NCBI GenBank assembly: GCA_029856155.1
Contig: JAHQWL010000014.1
Coordinates: 1-10,292, forward strand
Length of the DNA stretch: 10,292 bases
Direction of reading: 5' to 3'
From: Promethearchaeia archaeon
Lineage (GTDB): Archaea > Asgardarchaeota > Lokiarchaeia > Sigyniarchaeales > SOKP01
Made by a program: the position numbers and the translations under genes. This document shows positions 1 through 6,696 of this stretch, piece by piece; position 1 is the first letter of the stretch, and each line of letters starts with the position of its first letter. The notes under the pieces were generated by a model that made no database searches, was not told the origin of the DNA, and saw nothing but the letters and a program-made list of their open reading frames with translations.

Positions 1-566
1 GTAAAATGACGATTTAAATGAAAATATAGACCAAGAAAATATAATAGAAGCATAAAACTATATTGGATAGCAAATAGGAAGATAAAAACTACCATCAAAA
101 TAAATAGAATAATTTCTATTGCTAAGCATATCTTACTATTGTAATATTTTTCATCAAAAAAAGATGCAGGATTTTTATATCTGGCTAAATATTTAGGCAA
201 ATTTTCCTGTTCTTCCTTAGAAAGTAATAATTTTAAACCGATTTGTTTTTTTTGAAAATAAAATAAATTTGTGCCCCAATCAATAGTATCAATAATTATA
301 TGAATAAAATAATTAATACCACCAATGATTAGTACTTTCCAATTCAATAAGTATCCCAAAAGTATTATTATTATACTTGGAATTATTGAGTGACTTAGTA
401 ATAGCCTATGATTGTAATCTTTTGCGTATTTCGAAAAAAATACATCGAAATCACATATAAATGAAAATAAAATAATAATTGAAAAATCAAGTAAATTAAA
501 ATTGAAATAGTAGTTTAGAATCGAAGCAAGTATGACTCCTATTGAAAAATGGCTATTAATATGCAT
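1..566 (-). CDS. YdjM/DUF457-like membrane-bound metal-dependent hydrolase, 3'-truncated by the window edge
   Basis: Not in the ORF track because it has no stop inside the window. Manual translation from ATG at 566-564 gives MHINSHFSIGVILASILNYYFNFNLLDFSIIILFSFICDFDVFFSKYAKDYNHRLLLSHSIIPSIIIILLGYLLNWKVLIIGGINYFIHIIIDTIDWGTNLFYF...LYFHLNRHF. This is 188 open codons with several hydrophobic helices and the YdjM-type motif series H...DxD...HRxxxSHS...HxxxD. Confidence 0.8.
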   Translation of the reverse strand, partial: MHINSHFSIGVILASILNYYFNFNLLDFSIIILFSFICDFDVFFSKYAKDYNHRLLLSHSIIPSIIIILLGYLLNWKVLIIGGINYFIHIIIDTIDWGTNLFYFQKKQIGLKLLLSKEEQENLPKYLARYKNPASFFDEKYYNSKICLAIEIILFILMVVFIFLFAIQYSFMLLLYFLGLYFHLNRHF

Positions 567-593
567 AATACATTATTCATTAGAGTTTGTTAT

Positions 594-1577
594 TTAATTG
601 ATATATCGTTTTTTCTCTAATCTTTTTAAAACTGTTTTTTTCGTCACAAAACCAGAGGGTCCTTTTTTTTCTACTAAAAAAGAAGCTGCTGCTGATGCAA
701 AATATGCAGCTTTTTTGATAGATTTCCAAGATTTATCAGAATGGATAAATTCAAATAAAAAGATTGAAAGATACACATCTCCTGCCCCAGTTTCATCTAC
801 GACTCTCCGGGGTTTAAATGCAGGTATTTTCAAGATTTTTTCTCCCTTTTTAGTGAGCATAGAACCTTTTTCTCCTAAAGTCATAATGTAAATCCCGTAA
901 TTATTATACTCATTACAGTGAGCCATGACTTTCTCAAAATCATCGCAAGTTTTTGCAAGAAGACTCATTTCTTCCTCTGAACCCTTCAATATCAACTTAT
1001 CTCCAATTAAATTAATAATTTTTTCCATATTAGAGATGATTTCATTGTCATAAATATATGCTACTTTTCCATCTTCATCAATTTTTCTAATAAAACCTTG
1101 TAAATCTATGCCGATATAAGTATCAGGAAACTTTTTCAAAATTTGAGCCACATATTCAATTGAAATTTCATTACATAATGGAACAAGTACAAATACAGTT
1201 GGAGGAAAAATAAGATAATCTGATGGAATATCGCTAAACATAAGATTGGGGCTTTTAGATTTTAGCGTTAATGTCCTTGCATGATCAAAGTAATCTAATA
1301 CAAAATTCGTATTTTTTACAGGAGAGTATTTAATTCCTCTTAAATCAATATTTTTATTCTTTATTTTACCTAATAGGGAGTTTTTCAAATTTAATTTGCC
1401 TATATGTGAAATTATGCCAATTTTAGCATCTTGGGTATAATTACTTAGTGCTAAGGAACAGTATGATACGCTTCCTCCAAGACTGGGCTTATTCAAGCGT
1501 TTAAAACGTATTATGTGATCAATCGAGAAAGAGCCAGCAAAAATTATGGAGGGATTATTTTTATTTTGGATTTTCAT
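594..1577 (-). CDS. PfkB/ribokinase-family carbohydrate or nucleoside kinase
   Basis: N-terminal GSxxxD strand, GG motif (LGGSVSY), DLQGFIR, KxSEEE, TLGEKGS, and the C-terminal anion-hole signature VDETGAGD with the catalytic Asp. Substrate cannot be determined from sequence. Confidence 0.9.
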   Translation of the reverse strand: MKIQNKNNPSIIFAGSFSIDHIIRFKRLNKPSLGGSVSYCSLALSNYTQDAKIGIISHIGKLNLKNSLLGKIKNKNIDLRGIKYSPVKNTNFVLDYFDHARTLTLKSKSPNLMFSDIPSDYLIFPPTVFVLVPLCNEISIEYVAQILKKFPDTYIGIDLQGFIRKIDEDGKVAYIYDNEIISNMEKIINLIGDKLILKGSEEEMSLLAKTCDDFEKVMAHCNEYNNYGIYIMTLGEKGSMLTKKGEKILKIPAFKPRRVVDETGAGDVYLSIFLFEFIHSDKSWKSIKKAAYFASAAASFLVEKKGPSGFVTKKTVLKRLEKKRYIN

Positions 1578-2705
1578 TTATGATGATTTTAATTGTTCAA
1601 TTATTTTATCTTTTTCGTCTATTGCTATTTTTAACTTATTTATTTTATTTTGTAAATCTTCTACCAAATCTGACATAGGTCCTTTGTGAACTATAGGTAG
1701 TGGTTTCTCTATTGCTTTTAATTCTGCTATCAACTGATCCTTCTGATTTAATTGTTCTTGAATTTCAGAGAGTTTTTTTTCAAGTTCATTAATCTGGGGA
1801 GTTAAAACGGGTTCTTCTGATTTCTCTTTTAGAGATCTTTGTATTTGAGAAAGTTCATTTTTAAGTTCCTCATTTTCACTCTTAAGTTCCTTTATCTCAT
1901 CTGGCTCTAATTTGAATCCCCCGCTTTCAATTACTACTTGAAGTTCAGATTTTTCTTTAGTTAATTTATCTACGATTCGTTTATATTTGTTTAAATCTGA
2001 TTGAAGATCTTGACATAAAATTTCTAATGTTTGCGATGAGGGTTGATTTGGTTGAGGCCTTATCACTGATGATTTTGGTGGCTCTACTGGAACAACATAA
2101 TCTATTGGTAATTTTTTCATTTTTTCGATCAATTGTTCATTTAACACTTCATTTTCTTGTTTTAATTCATCAATTTTTTTATTTAATTCATCAATTTGAG
2201 ATTTCTTCTTCGATAATTCCGATTTCAAATCATCAATCAATGCTGTGGTTACAGCAGAATCTTTTTCTGTTATAGAACTACTTAATGATTGAGCTTCTCT
2301 TGCAACTACCTCTAATCTCGTTTTTAATTCTGTAATTTCATGATTTCTCGCTCTTAACTCTACTTCTTTTTCAGTGAGGTTTTTTTCTAAACTGATTATT
2401 TGATTATTAAGTTTAATATTTTCTTGTTGAAGATCACCTGCATTTATTCCACCAATCATCCCTGCTTGTTTTAACTGTTCTTTCAATCTCACATTTTCTT
2501 CAATAGTGTTCTTAACGATTTTTTCAGTTTTGCTTATTAAATCGATATTCTCTTTAATTTTATTTCTCAGTTGTTCATTCTCTTCTTCTATTTCCTTAAT
2601 TCTATCTATCGTTTCTCCGATGGCACTGGGTTTTTTGATTTCAGTTTCCATCTTTTTTCTCCATAAGCTTATGAAATCCTCAACTTTTTCATTATTATCT
2701 GGCAT
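1578..2705 (-). CDS. Hypothetical long segmented coiled-coil protein
   Basis: 375 aa, rich in E/K/L/Q heptads throughout and broken by Pro/Ser/Gly-rich linkers (e.g. PVEPPKSSVIRPQPNQPSS). No Walker motifs and no TM segment. Sits between MEMO1 and PfkB on the same strand. Confidence 0.8.
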   Translation of the reverse strand: MPDNNEKVEDFISLWRKKMETEIKKPSAIGETIDRIKEIEEENEQLRNKIKENIDLISKTEKIVKNTIEENVRLKEQLKQAGMIGGINAGDLQQENIKLNNQIISLEKNLTEKEVELRARNHEITELKTRLEVVAREAQSLSSSITEKDSAVTTALIDDLKSELSKKKSQIDELNKKIDELKQENEVLNEQLIEKMKKLPIDYVVPVEPPKSSVIRPQPNQPSSQTLEILCQDLQSDLNKYKRIVDKLTKEKSELQVVIESGGFKLEPDEIKELKSENEELKNELSQIQRSLKEKSEEPVLTPQINELEKKLSEIQEQLNQKDQLIAELKAIEKPLPIVHKGPMSDLVEDLQNKINKLKIAIDEKDKIIEQLKSS

Positions 2706-2753
2706 TTTACTTCAAAACTTTCTTTACTCTAAATTATGTATTTTATATGTGAT

Positions 2754-3638
2754 TTATTTCATTAACACTCCTGAAAAATATCCCACACAATATCCACTAA
2801 GATTTCCAGTTTTTTCAGCACTTGTGTAATATTTCAATAATTTCCCTTTACTTGCATTTAATTTTTTAGCTATCATTATTAAAGAAGTTATTGTTTGAGA
2901 ACCACACACTGTTGTTTTTGAGGCAGCCTCAAATGTTTTTTCTGGATTAAATGCAACAAAAGAATCAATAACTTGTTGATCTATTTCTTTAAATTTTTCT
3001 AATTGTTTTGAATCATATACCTCTTTATGAGTCATATCAGAAGAAGCTACTATTACAACATCCTTGTTATAAGATTCAATTGCTTTTGCAATATCGTTCG
3101 ATAATTTGCTCAATTTATTAAAATCTTTAATAGATACTATTATTGGAATAAATTTAACTTCTTTTTCTTGAGCACAGTATTTAATAAAAGGTAATTGTAC
3201 TTCTATATTGTGTTCTCTTCCAAAAGGATATCCAATGAATGCTGACTCATCATTAATTATTATATTACTATTATCTATTATTTTCTCAGATAACTCGTTA
3301 TCAATTGGTATATTTCCTAGAGGTGTCTCCCACTCTCCATCATCCATTAACGCAACTTTTCCATAACCAATATGATCAGTACCTAATACTATAACTGTAT
3401 CGGGTATTCTTTCTAAGAACAAATTTAGATAAGTATATGCTGCAGCACACCCAGAATAGATATATCCCGCATGAGGAGATACTCCACCTATCACAGATCT
3501 TTGCTCTTGATTTAAAGTTTTTGGTTCTTGACCAGGTCCAAACTCCGTATTGGTAAAAGATTCTTTCAATATATTAATTAAATCTGGTTTATAGCGGGGG
3601 TAAAAGCTACCCGCAACAGCTGCTCGTCTGATAACCAT
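2754..3638 (-). CDS. amrB: MEMO1-family protein (AmmeMemoRadiSam system protein B)
   Basis: Family motifs RxxAVAGSFYP, PHAGYxYSG, GxxH (LGTDH), WETPLG, EHxIEVQLPF, ASSDMTH, TVCG and C-terminal VGY. The His/His/Asp/His/Cys putative metal-site residues are retained. Confidence 0.93.
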   Translation of the reverse strand: MVIRRAAVAGSFYPRYKPDLINILKESFTNTEFGPGQEPKTLNQEQRSVIGGVSPHAGYIYSGCAAAYTYLNLFLERIPDTVIVLGTDHIGYGKVALMDDGEWETPLGNIPIDNELSEKIIDNSNIIINDESAFIGYPFGREHNIEVQLPFIKYCAQEKEVKFIPIIVSIKDFNKLSKLSNDIAKAIESYNKDVVIVASSDMTHKEVYDSKQLEKFKEIDQQVIDSFVAFNPEKTFEAASKTTVCGSQTITSLIMIAKKLNASKGKLLKYYTSAEKTGNLSGYCVGYFSGVLMK

Positions 3639-3686
3639 TTTTTTAACACACGTATTTTTTGTTATACTATTAAAATTATTAATATT

Positions 3687-3699
3687 GAAAATTATATAA
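3687..3699. promoter_or_regulatory. Candidate archaeal BRE/TATA element in the 119-bp divergent amrB/endA intergenic region
   Basis: GAAAA (3687-3691) is followed by the self-complementary TTATATAA (3692-3699). Divergent genes require promoters in 3639-3757, but the region is so AT-rich that the exact box is uncertain. Confidence 0.35.
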
Positions 3700-3757
3700 T
3701 GTCATCTACTAATTGTAAATTTAAAAGAATTATTAAGGTAGTTTTAATATCTCTTTA

Positions 3758-4354
3758 ATGATGAACCAAATAAAGGATGAACAAATCTCTCTTGATGACA
3801 TTGAAGTACCAGAGAGAATTCCTGCAAAGTTCGTAAATTCTAGAGTGATTATTTTCAACCCTTTGTATGCTTCGTATTTATATGTAAAGAAGGGATTTTT
3901 TGGATCTCCATTAGGAATAAACAAGCCTAGATTAGAATATTTTTCCAAGCCAAGCGAATTGTCATTAATAGAAGCATATTATTTATTGGAAAAGGATGAA
4001 GTTACTATTTTTGATATAAAAGAAAAAAGATTCTTAAATTCCGAGACATTTTATGAAATTGCTATTAAAATTCATCATAAATTTAAAGAAAAATATGTAA
4101 TTTATAAAGATTTAAGAGAAAAAGGATATATCCCAAGACCGGGACTTAAATTTGGGGCTGATTTTGTAGTTTATAAAAAAGGACCGGGTCTTGAACATTC
4201 CCTTTTCATGGTTCATGTCTTACCACATGATTCTGAAATTACTGCTATTGATATGGTAAGAGCTGGTCGCTTAGCTACATCTGTTAGAAAAAAATTTGTA
4301 ATTGCTAATCCACTTACATGTACTTATTACTTTTTTGAATGGTTTAAACCATAG
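3758..4354 (+). CDS. endA: tRNA-intron (splicing) endonuclease, catalytic alpha subunit
   Basis: LSLIEAYYL, YVIYKDLREKGY, GLKFGADFVVYKKGPGLEHS (catalytic Tyr and His), GRLATSVRKK (catalytic Lys region) and C-terminal WFKP. Start could be 3758 or 3761 (ATG ATG). Confidence 0.95.
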   Translation: MMNQIKDEQISLDDIEVPERIPAKFVNSRVIIFNPLYASYLYVKKGFFGSPLGINKPRLEYFSKPSELSLIEAYYLLEKDEVTIFDIKEKRFLNSETFYEIAIKIHHKFKEKYVIYKDLREKGYIPRPGLKFGADFVVYKKGPGLEHSLFMVHVLPHDSEITAIDMVRAGRLATSVRKKFVIANPLTCTYYFFEWFKP

Positions 4355-4381
4355 AACTGAAAAGTTTACTTTTTCAATAGA
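4355..4381. terminator. Possible shared terminator region between the convergent endA and atpA genes
   Basis: 27-bp gap containing an imperfect inverted repeat TGAAAAG-ttta-CTTTTTCA (4358-4376), which gives short U-tracts on both strands. Weak signal. Confidence 0.25.
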
Positions 4382-6205
4382 TTATAAAGATTGTGTCTTT
4401 AAGTTCTCTACAAGTTTATCTTTTAACTTTTCAATTTGTTGAAAATCATCATTTGGTATCATTTGACCTATTCGTAAAATAGAATTTATAAGTTCGGGAT
4501 CAAGGATATCTTTAATTAACTTTCCTTTTTGTGTAAGATTTTTACCCTCAATATAGAGAATAAGAATAATTTTGATTAAACCCAATAATTTTGCAGAACT
4601 AGTATGATTGTTAACCTCATCATAAGCATTTTGGATTAGAAAACCATCTTTTATCATTTTTGCTATAAAAAGGGTCAATTTTTGGTCCTCTGGTAAATTT
4701 TTATCTCCAATTAATTGAATTACATGCTTCAATTCTTGTTCTTGTGATAGAATCTCATTTACTAGTCTTCTACATTCTAACCAATCAAAATCTATCTCTG
4801 ACCAATCAATATCTCTCTCGTACCACCATTCAGCGATGAATTGTGGATAGTTTGAATATGATTCAACCCAATTGATAGCAGGATAATGTTTTAAATAAGC
4901 TAATTTTGGATCTAGTGCCCAAAAAGCTTGAACTAACCTTTTAGTAGTTGATGTAACTGGTTCACTAAAATCTCCTGCTGGGGGAGATATTGTACTCACA
5001 ATAGTTACAGACCCTTTTATTTCATGTCCTTGTTGATCTGTTGCATTTGTTTTGACAATACCAGCCCTTTCATAAAAGCCTGATAGTTTTGACGGTAAAT
5101 AGGCGGGATAACCTTCTTCTGCTGGCATTTCTTCCAATAGTCCTGAAATTTCTCTTAAGGATTCAGCCCATCTTGATGTGCTATCTGTAAGTACAACAAC
5201 ATCATAGCCCATATCTCGATAATACTCTGCTATCGTAACACCGGAAAACAAACTAGCTTCTCGTGCTGAAACAGGCATATTTGAGGTATTAGCAATAAGT
5301 ATTATCCGATCCAATAACGTTTTTCCACTTTTAAGATCAATGATTTCTGAAAATTGCTTCATGATGTTAGCAATTTCATTTCCAGGTTCACCACAACCAA
5401 TATATACTACAACATCAGCATTGCACCATTTAGCAAGCATTTGTTGAATAACAGTTTTTCCAGTTCCAAATCCACCTGGAATAGCAGTTGTTCCCCCTTT
5501 GGCAATTGGAAATAATAAATCTATAGCACGAATTCCTGTAATCAATGGTTCCACAGGATTTAGTTTCTTATTGTATGGACGCTTTTTTGTAATTGGCCAT
5601 TTTTGTAACATTGTATAAGAATTTTCATTACCTTCTACGTTTAGTCTAAATATTTCATCAATAATAGTATAATTGCCTTCATTTACAATAAAGGAGAGGA
5701 GTCCCGAGATATTAGGGGGTAGCATAATTCTATGTTCTAAAAATGAAGACTCCCTTACGGAACCAATTATTTCTCCACCTTTAACTTTATCATTAACTTT
5801 TTTTGATGGTATAAAATGCCATTTTTTAACTCTTGATAAAGAAGGATACTGTATACCTCTGTGTAGTCTTCCAGAACGTATATCTTTAAAAACATTTGCT
5901 AAAGGTCTCTGCAATCCATCGAATACATTTGAAAGAAGCCCAGGAGCTAATTCCATAGATAGCGGTTCATTTAAACTAGTTACTTTATCATATAATTTCA
6001 CGTTTGTGGTATTTTCGAAACATTGAGCAATAATATAGTCTGAGTAAATTTGGATTACTTCTCCTAAAATATTATATTTAGAAATTTTAATTAAATCATG
6101 AAGACAAATTTGATTTTCTAAACCCTTGATTTTAACTAATGACCCTACGATTGATGAAATATATCCATCATTAGCTTCCTTGTTTGTGTCGTTTTGATTG
6201 AACAT
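4382..6205 (-). CDS. atpA: A/V-type ATP synthase/ATPase subunit A (alpha chain), divergent, with a catalytic-site Arg->Pro substitution
   Basis: DGLQRPL, the non-homologous region, Walker A GGFGTGKT (5453-5476), GCGEPGNE, ANTSNMPV, DSTSRWAE, EEMPAEEGYPAYL, SPPAGDFSEPVT, HYPAINW. 607 aa, no intein. Confidence 0.95.
   Translation of the reverse strand: MFNQNDTNKEANDGYISSIVGSLVKIKGLENQICLHDLIKISKYNILGEVIQIYSDYIIAQCFENTTNVKLYDKVTSLNEPLSMELAPGLLSNVFDGLQRPLANVFKDIRSGRLHRGIQYPSLSRVKKWHFIPSKKVNDKVKGGEIIGSVRESSFLEHRIMLPPNISGLLSFIVNEGNYTIIDEIFRLNVEGNENSYTMLQKWPITKKRPYNKKLNPVEPLITGIRAIDLLFPIAKGGTTAIPGGFGTGKTVIQQMLAKWCNADVVVYIGCGEPGNEIANIMKQFSEIIDLKSGKTLLDRIILIANTSNMPVSAREASLFSGVTIAEYYRDMGYDVVVLTDSTSRWAESLREISGLLEEMPAEEGYPAYLPSKLSGFYERAGIVKTNATDQQGHEIKGSVTIVSTISPPAGDFSEPVTSTTKRLVQAFWALDPKLAYLKHYPAINWVESYSNYPQFIAEWWYERDIDWSEIDFDWLECRRLVNEILSQEQELKHVIQLIGDKNLPEDQKLTLFIAKMIKDGFLIQNAYDEVNNHTSSAKLLGLIKIILILYIEGKNLTQKGKLIKDILDPELINSILRIGQMIPNDDFQQIEKLKDKLVENLKTQSL
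4780..4821. repeat. Imperfect in-frame 21-bp tandem duplication inside atpA
   Basis: accaatcaaaatctatctctg (4780-4800) vs accaatcaatatctctctcgt (4801-4821), 17/21 identical. Encodes YERDIDW / SEIDFDW. Confidence 0.6.
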
Positions 6206-6229
6206 TTAATATCACAAAAGAAGGTAGGT

Positions 6230-6658
6230 TTACGTTATTTGTTTGTTACAAAATGGACATTTTTTAACAAAATTTGGTAAAATATTTCCACAGCCTTGAC
6301 ATTTTTGAATTAAGGGGTTATGATATTGAGAATTGAGATTAATATATTTAGGTATTCTCTGTTGGTATCGTTTTTCGTCTTTTTCTCGTATCATTTTTTG
6401 TTGCTTATTAATTGAAGACTTAGGTTTTTTCTCGGGGAACATTCTTGAATATAGCGAACCTTTAGTTTGCTTTAAGAATAGGCCAATTCCAAATAATAAC
6501 AAAAAAGACAATAAAAGAATTACGATAGTTGGATTAAAATTTAAATCTATTAAGTAAAAATAAAGGAATAGGAGGATTAAGAAGTAAAAAACTAAAAGAA
6601 TAATTCGTATTTTGCTTCTTTTAGTTACATATTCATTTTCGATACTATTATTTGCCAT
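6230..6658 (-). CDS. Hypothetical membrane protein: two N-terminal TM helices plus a C-terminal C4 zinc ribbon
   Basis: Hydrophobic segments at about aa 17-37 and 43-62, a basic linker, then C120-x2-C123-x10-C134-x2-C137 (CQGC...CPFC). Gaps of 38 and 24 bp to atpI and atpA. Confidence 0.8.
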   Translation of the reverse strand: MANNSIENEYVTKRSKIRIILLVFYFLILLFLYFYLIDLNFNPTIVILLLSFLLLFGIGLFLKQTKGSLYSRMFPEKKPKSSINKQQKMIREKDEKRYQQRIPKYINLNSQYHNPLIQKCQGCGNILPNFVKKCPFCNKQIT

Positions 6659-6696
6659 CGATTTTTAACTTTAATTCTTAATGGTGGGTTTAAAAT

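Noticed and set aside
598-891. 97-aa plus-strand ORF
   Set aside because: Entirely antisense to the well-supported pfkB gene, with no recognisable motif.
1578-2705. SMC/Rad50 or ATPase peripheral-stalk (E/H) identity for the coiled-coil protein
   Set aside because: No Walker A/B, signature motif, hinge or zinc hook. It is too long for subunit E or H and is separated from the ATPase cluster by endA and amrB.
2027-2829. Plus-strand ORFs 2027-2275 and 2506-2829 that look hydrophobic
   Set aside because: Antisense shadows of the Lys/Glu-rich coiled-coil gene. The reverse complement of AAA/GAA codons gives Phe/Leu/Ser-rich pseudo-TM sequence.
3733-3948. 71-aa minus-strand ORF
   Set aside because: Antisense to the 5' part of endA, with no independent support.
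5440-5480. Possible intein at the Walker A region of subunit A (a known VMA intein site)
   Set aside because: The sequence is continuous through GGFGTGKTVIQQ and the protein length (607 aa) is normal.
6230-6658. The 2-TM ORF as the missing proteolipid c/K subunit
   Set aside because: No membrane-embedded Glu/Asp, no Gly/Ala-rich packing motif, and it carries a C4 zinc ribbon.
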